Assembly: GCA_048939765.1 (NCBI GenBank)
Contig: JBHLPF010000002.1
Span: forward strand, 1 to 64,000
Direction: 5' to 3'
Length of the DNA: 64,000 nucleotides
From: Promethearchaeota archaeon
Lineage (GTDB): Archaea; Asgardarchaeota; Thorarchaeia; Thorarchaeales; Thorarchaeaceae
The notes under the pieces were generated by a model, which saw only the letters and a list, made by a program, of their open reading frames with translations, did not search any database and was not told the origin of the DNA. This document shows, piece by piece, positions 9,477 to 18,520 of this stretch. A program made the translations under genes and the position numbers. Positions within the stretch are counted from its first letter, which is position 1. Each line of letters begins with the position of its first letter.

Positions 9477-11222
9477 CTACTTCTTCATCTTGGCGAGTTC
9501 TGCATCGCGAAGCTCTCGACGAAGAACTTTTCCAACTGCCGTCATTGGAAGCTCTTTGACAAATTCAACTTCCTTGGGTCTTTTGTAGCCCGCCATATTC
9601 TCCTTCGCCCATGCGATGAACTCGTCCTCAGTGGCAGTCACTCCCTCTTTCAGGATAACATATGCCTTGACATACTCATTGCTCGGGTCGTCCTTTCTGG
9701 GTAGACCGATGACAGCGGCCATCTGCACCTTTGGATGCTCAAAGAAGATGTCTTCAATCTCTCTCGGATACGCCTTCAGGCCACCAACATTGATCATGTC
9801 CTTTTTCCTGTCGGAGATGACAAAGAATCCATCCTCATCGATGTGTCCAATATCACCAGTGAGGAAGTAACGCCTTCCTTTGATTTCTCTCATCACCGCC
9901 GCAGTTTCCTCGGGTTTATGCCAATATCCTTTCATGACTTGCGGACCACTGATGGCTATTTCACCAGTTTCTCCCTGCTCAAGTTCCTTCTTTCCGGTTT
10001 CAATGTCGAGAACCGTGGCATATGTATCAGGGATAGGAACCCCTATTGAACCAAACTTGCGCAATGACTTCAACGCAGGATTAGCGTGAGTCATTGGGGA
10101 TGTTTCAGTCAGACCGTACCCCTCAAAGAGCGTAGCTCCAGTCGTGCTCTCAAAGACTTTCGCGAGCTCCGGAGGCAGTGGTGCAGCACCAGATCCACAG
10201 GCCTTGAGACTGGTCAGGTCATATTTCCCTACATCCGGGTTGTTCACCATACCTGCATAAAGTGCAGGCACACAGTGAAGGATTGAGCCCTTGTATTTCT
10301 GAATATCTTTGAGAAGATCGCTCATAGGTGGCTTTCCGCCCCTTGGGTCTGGCACACAGACTAGTGAGCTTCCCATATAGTAGGAGGCTATCATGGTCAG
10401 TGTCAACCCATAGCTATGGTACCATGGGAGCGCTCCCACGAATACTTCTTCGCCAGGCTTAAGCTTCTCGGGTGGTCCTCCTTCTTTAGGTTCCAACTGA
10501 CTCCACTCCTCAACCTGCATGACATTGCTGTACAAGTTGCTGTGAGTGAGCATAGCACCCTTTGGTGTACCTGTTGTACCCCCAGTATAGAGAATCAAGG
10601 CGAGGTCATCCTTTGGGTCGATAATCACATCTGGTGATTTCGCATCGAATTGCGCAATGATGTCATCATAGAAGACAGTTCCCTCCTCGTACGAATCACC
10701 CTTCGGAATCTTTCCCAGAAGACCGCCTAGAACCGCCTTTGCTTTCGGCAAGAAACTCTTGATACTGCATATCACAACCGTTTCAACGTCAGTGCCTTTG
10801 ATCGCTCCATATGCAGTGGGCGTGAAGATTGGATGGTCAAAGACAAATACACCCTTTGCCCCTGAGTCCTTCAGTTGGAAGTTCAGTTCGTTTGTCTTGT
10901 ACTGGGGATTACAGGTCACAGCGGTTGCTCCAGCCTTCAGAATTCCAAAGAACACAGGTGGATACTGGGGCACATTAGGCATGAAGATAGCCACTCTATC
11001 ACCCTTTCCAATGCCTCTACTTGAGAGGAAATTGGCTATCCGGTCAGCATGATCCTTTACTTCAGCAAACGAATGCGCTATCCCCTCGAATAACGTGGAT
11101 GGCGCTTCAGGATGCTGAGCAGCGATCTTGTCCAATATAGCAAAGAGTGGCTCATCAGGATAGTCAAGTGATTTCTTGACAGTCTCCGGCCATCTATGCT
11201 TGTGCCAAATCATTTCTTCCAT
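9477..11222 (-). CDS. Long-chain-fatty-acid/acyl-CoA ligase (AMP-forming), paralogue
   Basis: YTGGTTGTPKG, EGYGLTETSP, TGD, DRKKDMINVGG, TAVGK; start set at MEEMIW. Confidence 0.93.
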   Translation of the reverse strand: MEEMIWHKHRWPETVKKSLDYPDEPLFAILDKIAAQHPEAPSTLFEGIAHSFAEVKDHADRIANFLSSRGIGKGDRVAIFMPNVPQYPPVFFGILKAGATAVTCNPQYKTNELNFQLKDSGAKGVFVFDHPIFTPTAYGAIKGTDVETVVICSIKSFLPKAKAVLGGLLGKIPKGDSYEEGTVFYDDIIAQFDAKSPDVIIDPKDDLALILYTGGTTGTPKGAMLTHSNLYSNVMQVEEWSQLEPKEGGPPEKLKPGEEVFVGALPWYHSYGLTLTMIASYYMGSSLVCVPDPRGGKPPMSDLLKDIQKYKGSILHCVPALYAGMVNNPDVGKYDLTSLKACGSGAAPLPPELAKVFESTTGATLFEGYGLTETSPMTHANPALKSLRKFGSIGVPIPDTYATVLDIETGKKELEQGETGEIAISGPQVMKGYWHKPEETAAVMREIKGRRYFLTGDIGHIDEDGFFVISDRKKDMINVGGLKAYPREIEDIFFEHPKVQMAAVIGLPRKDDPSNEYVKAYVILKEGVTATEDEFIAWAKENMAGYKRPKEVEFVKELPMTAVGKVLRRELRDAELAKMKK

Positions 11223-11259
11223 AGATATGTTCACTCCATTCTCTCTCATTACTTGTCAG

Positions 11260-11284
11260 CCGCAAAATGCCCGAGATTTTGCGG
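11260..11284. promoter_or_regulatory. 9-bp perfect inverted repeat in the divergent ligase/dehydratase intergenic region
   Basis: ccgcaaaat-gcccgag-attttgcgg. Confidence 0.4.
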
Positions 11285-11481
11285 GTGTCATGATGAAATC
11301 CTAAAAAAACACTGCTTGATATAATCTTCTGCTCACCTTTGAAACACTATCTGAGCCAGGGAATTGCTCTCTTTTGTCAAAATTCGTTCTGAGTTGAGTG
11401 GTAGCACAAGAAATAAGAAAGCAGAGGAGAGGTTGTTCGCTATTGTTGATACTATCAACTACTGAAAGATGAGGTGTCCAA

Positions 11482-12684
11482 GTGAGCTATCCTACAGTCA
11501 TCGAACAATCTAATCAGGTCCTGAAGGCGCTTGTTGATGCTGGCGAGCGAGTTCTTGGCTACATATATCCACACCCTCCGCACGAGTTGATCATAGCTCA
11601 TGGGTTCAAGCCCTCTCTTGTCCGCACTAATCCGGCGGTGGTCGGGGCATATGAAGCAAGTCTACAGACTTTTGCCTGCTCCTTGACGAGAAACCTGTTC
11701 AGTCAAAGGGTCAGTGACAGCTTCCCACAACTGACTGGCATACTCTTCTCAGGAAACACGTGTGACGCACTCCAGAACGTTGGTGATGTCTGGCAGAAGC
11801 GATTTCCTGAAGACAAGGTGTTTCGTCTAACATATCCAGTTGGTGATGCAGGCGAATCAAGTGTTGACTTCCTAGCCATGGAGATCAAGGCCTTCTCCGA
11901 AAACCTGGCCACCTTATATGGCAATGATTTTTCGGAATCGAATTTCAAGACCGCTGCACTACTTCTTCATGAGATTCGAGATGTTTTGCAGTTGATGTAT
12001 TGTACTCGACTCCTCTATCCATCTTTTCTTTCATACGATGAGCTCTCTCATTTCGTTGGAGAGTTTCTCACAGCTCCTACACAAGAGGTTTCAGAACGAA
12101 TGAAAAGAAAATGGGAGGAGGCTATGGAGAGTTTCGAGAATGAAAATCAAAGGAACAAGGTAGAACAACTTCGCGAATCCTTGCTAAACCAAGATCTATC
12201 AGACTTTGAGGTGGATATCGATACATCTAGTCCAAGAATTGTTGTGATTGGTGGAATGATAGAGCCGAGAACATTTGCTGGACTTATCGAAAATGTCCCC
12301 GGATTCACTGATACAACACTTGTGCTCGATATGTTTTCCCTTGGATTCAAGACAGTCTTCACGCCTCCAGTGAATGTTGAGGGCGAACCTTTCAAAGAAT
12401 CAGCGAGATCGATTCTTGGAGCTCATGGTGAGCCAACTCAAGAAGGCTTGCCGAAACGTGTCGCCTTCCTCAAAGATGTCCTTACAAAGCTATCAATCCA
12501 GGGATTGATAGTATGTGAGCAGTCTTTCTGTGACCCAGATGAGTTTGAATCCCCATCCTTGGAAAAGGCCGCGGAAGAAGTTGGTGTGCCAACAGTGAAA
12601 CTTCCTCTTGACTCTGAACTCTCTGATCGTGCCCGAATTGAAGGCAGGATTCAGACTTTTCTAGAAACCATTGATGCCAATTGA
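11482..12684 (+). CDS. 2-hydroxyacyl-CoA dehydratase / benzoyl-CoA reductase family subunit (HgdB/BcrC type)
   Basis: PHELIIAHG, LQTFACS, NTCD, SFCDP.EFE, RIQTFLE. Confidence 0.85.
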   Translation: MSYPTVIEQSNQVLKALVDAGERVLGYIYPHPPHELIIAHGFKPSLVRTNPAVVGAYEASLQTFACSLTRNLFSQRVSDSFPQLTGILFSGNTCDALQNVGDVWQKRFPEDKVFRLTYPVGDAGESSVDFLAMEIKAFSENLATLYGNDFSESNFKTAALLLHEIRDVLQLMYCTRLLYPSFLSYDELSHFVGEFLTAPTQEVSERMKRKWEEAMESFENENQRNKVEQLRESLLNQDLSDFEVDIDTSSPRIVVIGGMIEPRTFAGLIENVPGFTDTTLVLDMFSLGFKTVFTPPVNVEGEPFKESARSILGAHGEPTQEGLPKRVAFLKDVLTKLSIQGLIVCEQSFCDPDEFESPSLEKAAEEVGVPTVKLPLDSELSDRARIEGRIQTFLETIDAN

Positions 12685-12697
12685 AGGAGTGATAAGA

Positions 12698-13912
12698 ATG
12701 AGTGACGACGAGAAACCCTATAGGAAACTAGAAACCCAAGCTCTCCTGCAGCAGATCGCCTTTCGTCACGGAATGGAAGCTATGGCGGCATCAGAAGAGG
12801 GAAATTTGGCATGGGTTTCATCTGGATTTCCAGTTGAGATTCCAGTTGCCATGAATGTGTTTCCAACCTATCCCGAGCAGGCTGGAGCTATTATTGGTGC
12901 AACAAAGATAGGACCGGAAGTATGTGGATTTGCAGAGGACTTGGGATACTCGCAGGAATTGTGCTCTTATGCTCGAGCGAGCATTGGGTCAACAGACAGG
13001 CCTGATGATGTAGCCATGGGTGCATTGCCAAAGCCACAGGCTCTTCTTGGGTGCAACAACATCTGCGGTACTATTTTGAAATGGTATGATGCAAATTCAG
13101 AACAGACCGGAGCTCCCGTGTTTCTTCTTGACACGCCACCTCTGGAAGAAGAGCAAAAGCCTCACCATCGAGCATATGTTAAACAAGGTCTGTTGCGACT
13201 TATTGATTTCTTGGCAAAGACGTTTAACACGACACTGGAAGAGGACAGGTTCCGTGAAGTGTCAGAACTCTCGAGTAGGGCAATAAAACTCTGGACGCAA
13301 TCGCTCAGTGCCTGTCAGAATAGGCCCAGTCCACTAAATTGCGCTGACCGCTTTCTGACAATGGCTCCGGTCGTTTCCAGTCGCGGTATGGAGCATTGCA
13401 CTGAATTCTATGAGGTCTTGCTGACTGAAGTCGAAGACCGTGTCAAGCAGGGTGTCGGTGCAATACGAGAGGAGAAGATCAGGCTATTATGGGACAACAT
13501 TCCTCCATGGTTCATTCTCAAGTTCTTCAACAAGCTAGCTGCTCGAGGTGTCGTGTTTCCTGCAGATACTTACACTCATGCTTGGTGTGGGGCCGTTGAG
13601 GGAACTGACACAAGCTCACTTCTCGATGGCATCGTTGACATCTATTCGAATGTCTACCTCAACAAGAATCTGGATGCCAAAGTCGACAAGATGGTCCAGC
13701 TGATAAAGGACTTCGACCTTGATGGATTTGTCATGTTCTCAGTCCGGTCCTGCAAGCGCTATTCACTAGGTCAGCTTGTGTCAAAGGAGATTGTGACAGA
13801 GCGAACCGGCGTCCCTGGCGTTGTGATTGAGGGTGACATGGTTGACAGTCGGCTCTTCAATGAGGCTCAGATTCAGACTCGTGTCGATGCTCTTCTTGAG
13901 ATGTTCGTCTAG
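12698..13912 (+). CDS. 2-hydroxyacyl-CoA dehydratase / benzoyl-CoA reductase family subunit (HgdA/BcrB type)
   Basis: YPE, GYSQELCSY, NNIC, LDTP, WDNIPPW, RSCK, EGDMVD.R, TRVDA; start at MSDDEK after GGAG. Confidence 0.88.
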   Translation: MSDDEKPYRKLETQALLQQIAFRHGMEAMAASEEGNLAWVSSGFPVEIPVAMNVFPTYPEQAGAIIGATKIGPEVCGFAEDLGYSQELCSYARASIGSTDRPDDVAMGALPKPQALLGCNNICGTILKWYDANSEQTGAPVFLLDTPPLEEEQKPHHRAYVKQGLLRLIDFLAKTFNTTLEEDRFREVSELSSRAIKLWTQSLSACQNRPSPLNCADRFLTMAPVVSSRGMEHCTEFYEVLLTEVEDRVKQGVGAIREEKIRLLWDNIPPWFILKFFNKLAARGVVFPADTYTHAWCGAVEGTDTSSLLDGIVDIYSNVYLNKNLDAKVDKMVQLIKDFDLDGFVMFSVRSCKRYSLGQLVSKEIVTERTGVPGVVIEGDMVDSRLFNEAQIQTRVDALLEMFV

Positions 13913-13924
13913 GAAGTTAAAACT

Positions 13925-14713
13925 GTGACAGAGAAAGCATTTGGAATCGGACTTGATGTTGGGTCAACAACAACGAAAGGGGTCATGGTAGACAGGGATG
14001 GTGCCATCCTTGCAAGCCATCTCCAAGGCACTGGAGCCTCAGCAGCATCTGCAGTTGCCCAAGTCTTGGGAAATCTATTCACAGCATCTGGAAAGACCAA
14101 GGATGAGTGTCGCATCATAGGTACAGGATACGGTAGAAATATTGTTGATATGGCTCATAAGACTGTGACAGAGATTACCTGTCATAGTGTTGGTGTGAAT
14201 TCACTGAATCCTGACATTCGGCTCCTTATCGATGTGGGTGGCCAAGACTCCAAGGTAATTCGAATAGGGTCCAATGGTCGACCTGAAGACTTTGAACTGA
14301 ATGACAAATGTAGCGCTGGTACAGGCAGATTCCTAGAAGTGATGGCACGTGTACTAGAAGTATCACTGGACGAGTTGGGACCTTTGGCTCTTGAGTCCAA
14401 GTCGCCTTGTACAATCAGCAGCACATGTACAGTATTTGCTGAGAGCGAGGTAATTGGACGCATAGGGTCTGGCGATTCCCCGGCTGATATCGCCGCAGGG
14501 ATCCATCAGTCAATGGCCTCAAAGATCGGGTCACTTTCTAAGAGGGTAGGAATTGCCACCCCCATAGGTGTGACCGGGGGCGTTGCATTGAATCCTGCCT
14601 TCCGATATTACCTTTCAGAAGTCCTGAAGACGGAACTCTGGATGCCGGAGATTCCTCAACTCACAGGAGCTCTTGGTGCAGCAATTATTGCTTTGAAAGA
14701 TGCGGAAGCATAG
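13925..14713 (+). CDS. ATP-dependent [4Fe-4S] activator (HgdC/BadFG family, ASKHA)
   Basis: GLDVGSTTTK, TGYGR, EITCH, DVGGQDSK, NDKCSAGTGRFLE, CTVFAESE, GGVA.N. Confidence 0.93.
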   Translation: MTEKAFGIGLDVGSTTTKGVMVDRDGAILASHLQGTGASAASAVAQVLGNLFTASGKTKDECRIIGTGYGRNIVDMAHKTVTEITCHSVGVNSLNPDIRLLIDVGGQDSKVIRIGSNGRPEDFELNDKCSAGTGRFLEVMARVLEVSLDELGPLALESKSPCTISSTCTVFAESEVIGRIGSGDSPADIAAGIHQSMASKIGSLSKRVGIATPIGVTGGVALNPAFRYYLSEVLKTELWMPEIPQLTGALGAAIIALKDAEA

Positions 14714-14778
14714 TTGTACTGTGGCAGTAGAACTTCTGCCCCAGTATCTCGGGCTTTTCCTAGGAATATTCATTTGAG

Positions 14779-15345
14779 CTACTGTTTGGCGGCCAGTGCT
14801 GCCTTTCCTGCCTTCATTCCCAAATCGAGGGCCTTGAGGTTCGTGTCCACAAATCGTGGCCATCGCTCTTCTATCCTCTTCTTCAGACCCTTGACCGAGA
14901 GCTTTCCCGTTATGGCTGTAAACGCCCCAATCATTACAACATTTGTGGCCTGTTTTGTTCCAACCTCTTCATCAGCAATCCTGGTGGCTGGTATCTTGTA
15001 GAGAGTCACTCCTTCTGGAAGGTCCCCCTCAATTGACACAAGGTCTTCGTCGATTATGAGAATTCCATCATCCTTGAGACCATCGACGTACTCCAGATAG
15101 GCTGCCCTACTCATGGCAATGAACACATCTGGTTCCAGGACCTTGGGATAGTCGATCTCTTCATCACCGATGACAACCTCGCTCTTGCTGGCTCCTCCAC
15201 GCGCCTCGGGGCCGTATGATTGAGTCTGGACAACGAACTTCTTGTCATATAGGGATGCAGTTTCTCCCATCACCACAGCCATGGTGACTACTCCCTGTCC
15301 ACCAAACCCGCCAATTCGGACCTCATACCTGCTCACCGAGATCAC
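14779..15345 (-). CDS. korC: 2-oxoacid:ferredoxin oxidoreductase gamma subunit
   Basis: GFGGQG, QSYGPEARGGAS, NVVMIGA. Confidence 0.88.
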   Translation of the reverse strand: MISVSRYEVRIGGFGGQGVVTMAVVMGETASLYDKKFVVQTQSYGPEARGGASKSEVVIGDEEIDYPKVLEPDVFIAMSRAAYLEYVDGLKDDGILIIDEDLVSIEGDLPEGVTLYKIPATRIADEEVGTKQATNVVMIGAFTAITGKLSVKGLKKRIEERWPRFVDTNLKALDLGMKAGKAALAAKQ

Positions 15346-16190
15346 CCTTTCTTCTTGAGCTTCTCATTCATCTGCTTCAGAACAGAGGTGTATTCCTGCT
15401 TCTCGATGTCTACAAACTCGCCGCATACTATTCGTGTATCATATTCAAGTTCGGCCTCATGAGGAGGAAGGCCATTTTGAATTTCCGCAACCTCAAGCAG
15501 ATGCTGGTGCATTTCAACACCATCACCGAGTCTGTTCATCCTGCCGAATTCGGTGGGGCATGCACCAATAATCTCGATGAAGGACAAGCCCTTCTTCTTG
15601 AGCCCTCTCTCAATGGATTTGGTTGCTCTCCTCGCCTGCACAGCGGTCCACCTGGCGACGAATGTAGCTCCTGATGATGCAGCGAGTTTCACAAGGTTGA
15701 AAGGATGCTCCACATTGCCAATTGGCCTCGGGCTCGTCTGGGAATATCTCTCATGCTCCGTAGTTGGGCCGAATTGCCCTCCGGTCATTCCATAGTTGAA
15801 GTTGTTCACACATACAATGGTCATGTCGATGTTTCGTCTACAGGCGTGAATAAGGTGGTTACCTCCAATAGCAGCGAGGTCTCCATCACCGCTGACTACT
15901 ATGACCTCTAGTTCGGGATTCGCAATCTTCACTCCCTCCGCGAAAGCAATCGCCCTCCCATGGGTTGTGTGATATGTACCAGTCTTGAAGTACCCAGAAG
16001 TTCTTCCTGTGCATCCGATTCCTGAAACAACAACCACTTTTGAGAAGTCGAGACCCAGATTGTCAATAGCGCGTGCTATCATCTGTGTGACAACTCCAAT
16101 GGAGCAGCCAGAACAGTAAATCCATGGTTGTCGGTCATCTCTGACGTACTTCGCCATTGGATGTCGCAGTATTGATTCTGACTCGGTCAT
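15342..16190 (-). CDS. korB: 2-oxoacid:ferredoxin oxidoreductase beta subunit (TPP-binding)
   Basis: YCSGC, SGIGC, HGRA, GDGD...GGNH, NN..YGMTGGQ..PT, ACP; start set at MTESES. Confidence 0.9.
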   Translation of the reverse strand: MTESESILRHPMAKYVRDDRQPWIYCSGCSIGVVTQMIARAIDNLGLDFSKVVVVSGIGCTGRTSGYFKTGTYHTTHGRAIAFAEGVKIANPELEVIVVSGDGDLAAIGGNHLIHACRRNIDMTIVCVNNFNYGMTGGQFGPTTEHERYSQTSPRPIGNVEHPFNLVKLAASSGATFVARWTAVQARRATKSIERGLKKKGLSFIEIIGACPTEFGRMNRLGDGVEMHQHLLEVAEIQNGLPPHEAELEYDTRIVCGEFVDIEKQEYTSVLKQMNEKLKKKG

Positions 16191-16316
16191 GACGATGCCA
16201 CAATAGCGCTCTCGGCACCATCCTGATATAACAGTTGTTGATGAGGATGCCCTCACAGCTCTCCGAAGAATGCTAATATTCATTCAGCACCACTTTCTGG
16301 AACTAGGTGGGCCGAA

Positions 16317-17894
16317 ATTACAGGACATTCCATCGAGGCCATTCTCATCACAGATAAGGGTGGAAGCCCTCGATTCTATATGCAGCTCGATCCGCGTGCA
16401 TTTGGAATGGACCCTGTAATGGCATCAAGCTTCTTCGCAGCCATCGACATGTTCTCAAAGGAGGTCTTTGAGCAGACAGCACCTCAGTTCCAGATTGACT
16501 ATGGAACGAGAATTTTCACGGTGATAAGTGGTGCGCAGACCAATCTTATCTCCGTTGGTGTGCATCGTCTCATACAGGATACTATAGAAGTGTTGGACTC
16601 TCTCTTGGCGGAGTTTGAACTTGAATGGCTTCCAGCGTGCACATCAGTAGAGCTAGGCACATCATTTGTTGATGCCTACCTGGAGTCCTTTGGAGAGAGT
16701 GTGATGAAGAAGCTCTCCTTTGAAGAACTCTCAGATAATTGGGTGCCGTATTTCACTATCAAGCCCGATGCAATTGAGCTTGTTGACAGCGTAATTGCTC
16801 CTTTCATTGATGGTTCGAGAAACGTTAGGGAGATTCGCGAGGTAAGTGGGATAACTGAAGAAGAGATGATTGTTGAAACCTCAACACTATGGGCACATCG
16901 CGTTATTCGCTTTCGAAACACACTTAGTTTCAATGACTTCGTGACATCCCGCACTCTATTCCTAAGATATGTACAGTCGACATCCAAGGAGACAGCAGAC
17001 CTGCGCAATCTGCACCCAGAGATGGTAGGCGTCATTCCAAGACTAGCTGGGCTTATGGATGGCCGGCGTACTGTTCGAGAAACGCTAGCTGAGCTAGGAG
17101 GGGCTTATGATGAGCGTGAGATTCTCCGAGTGATGGACTATCTGCTTGAGAACGATGTCATCGAGGCTTTGTCCCCTGAGAAGAGGCGAATTCTGCTGGT
17201 TAAGGAAGCCCTAGAGTCTGCGCTTCGCGTTGCCGAGGAGCATTATCAGAGACAGGCAACAGAAGCACTAAGAAGCGTAATGAACCGGAGTGATACTCCC
17301 GAAACTCTAGGCCAGCTCCGCTTCGTGGATGGCCGCTGGAGGGTTGACTTTGACTTCAAAATACTGGAAGGTCTGACCCAGCAAAGGCTCATGCTTCTAT
17401 ATGGCGAATGGATGAAGATGCTAGCCCAGTTTGTTGGAGAATTGGATAGAGAGCGGCTGGATGGGTTCATCGCTGGCCTAACCCAGACATTCTATCATCG
17501 CATCCTCGATCGGTATGCTTCATATGATCTTAGAGGATTTGAGGAGTTCACCTTTTGGCTTGAGCAGCTCAGTGCGGATCGGTGGTCTCAGGTCAAGGTG
17601 ATAAAGACTGGATCATTGCAGCCCACGAAAGTTGAGGCTGTGGAAGAAATGGTCTATATTCTTGTAACTAGAGGACAGGTGATTTATGGTCCTGAACGTA
17701 TCTCCCGAATTTGTGCTGTAGTTGGAATACCTCTGGCTGACATTCCTCCAGATTTCTGGGTGGGCTGGCAAAAGACAGAAAGCCTTGAACGATTCCTAGT
17801 TGAATATGGGAAGCTTGGCAACGCCGCGAAGCTCACTCTGCTTATTCTATCAAGACAACTAGGTGTAGCCCTTCCAAGAGGGATTTTTCGATGA
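16317..17894 (+). CDS. Asgard-type longin + winged-helix protein, NPRL2/NPR2-like
   Basis: Frame is open upstream of ATG 16380 (IEAILITDKGGSPRFY, a longin-like first strand), so a possible ATT start at 16317 after aggtgg; VPYFT...IAPFIDGSRNVREI...LWAHRVIRF and a second DGRRTV.E repeat resemble the NPRL2 C-terminal region. Confidence 0.6.
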   Translation: MTGHSIEAILITDKGGSPRFYMQLDPRAFGMDPVMASSFFAAIDMFSKEVFEQTAPQFQIDYGTRIFTVISGAQTNLISVGVHRLIQDTIEVLDSLLAEFELEWLPACTSVELGTSFVDAYLESFGESVMKKLSFEELSDNWVPYFTIKPDAIELVDSVIAPFIDGSRNVREIREVSGITEEEMIVETSTLWAHRVIRFRNTLSFNDFVTSRTLFLRYVQSTSKETADLRNLHPEMVGVIPRLAGLMDGRRTVRETLAELGGAYDEREILRVMDYLLENDVIEALSPEKRRILLVKEALESALRVAEEHYQRQATEALRSVMNRSDTPETLGQLRFVDGRWRVDFDFKILEGLTQQRLMLLYGEWMKMLAQFVGELDRERLDGFIAGLTQTFYHRILDRYASYDLRGFEEFTFWLEQLSADRWSQVKVIKTGSLQPTKVEAVEEMVYILVTRGQVIYGPERISRICAVVGIPLADIPPDFWVGWQKTESLERFLVEYGKLGNAAKLTLLILSRQLGVALPRGIFR

Positions 17895-17980
17895 GAACCC
17901 AAACAGAGCCTCAAGTTTAGAATCTGGATATGTCAGGATAATTATTAACTGAGAATCTGCTCAAAGAATACCGTTAATCC

Positions 17981-18511
17981 GTGGGAAGTCTGATAATGAG
18001 TCCGACTTATCTCTTCAAGGTGGTTACTGTTGGAGCTCCATCAGTTGGTAAGACCAGTCTCATCATCCGCTACTCCACGGGAGTGTTTCGCGAGCATTAT
18101 TCACCGACACTTGGAACTGGATTTGCATACAAGAAGATGCGTATTGACAACAACACGGTGAATCTTCAGATATGGGATCTTGGATCCCAAGACTTCCTGG
18201 AACGAGTTCGTGCCAACTACTACGGAGGAACGCAGGGAGTCATTTTCATGTATGATGTGACTTCTTGGGAATCACTGACCGCGATTTCAGATTGGAAACT
18301 TGAAGTTGACAGAAATGTAGAAGAATACCAGGCGCTGTTAGTCGGCAACAAGACGGATTTGATCGATGATCGAGTGGTGTCTGCGGAAGAAGGCCAGAAT
18401 ACAGCCACAAGGCTTGGCATGAATTATATAGAAAGCTCGGTCGCACTTGACAAGAATGTCAATCGGGCCTTTGAACTGATTGCCCGAAGTGTCCATGACT
18501 GGCTCTTCTGA
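17981..18511 (+). CDS. Rab/Ras-like small GTPase (eukaryotic signature protein)
   Basis: FKVVTVGAPSVGKTS (G1), TLG (G2), LQIWDLGSQ (G3), VGNKTD (G4), ESSV (G5); no C-terminal Cys. Confidence 0.92.
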   Translation: MGSLIMSPTYLFKVVTVGAPSVGKTSLIIRYSTGVFREHYSPTLGTGFAYKKMRIDNNTVNLQIWDLGSQDFLERVRANYYGGTQGVIFMYDVTSWESLTAISDWKLEVDRNVEEYQALLVGNKTDLIDDRVVSAEEGQNTATRLGMNYIESSVALDKNVNRAFELIARSVHDWLF

Positions 18512-18520
18512 AACCAGGAG

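Noticed and set aside
11482-14713. Firm call as benzoyl-CoA reductase
   Set aside because: Only one activator-type gene and no ring-cleavage genes nearby; it cannot be separated from 2-hydroxyacyl-CoA dehydratases without a tree
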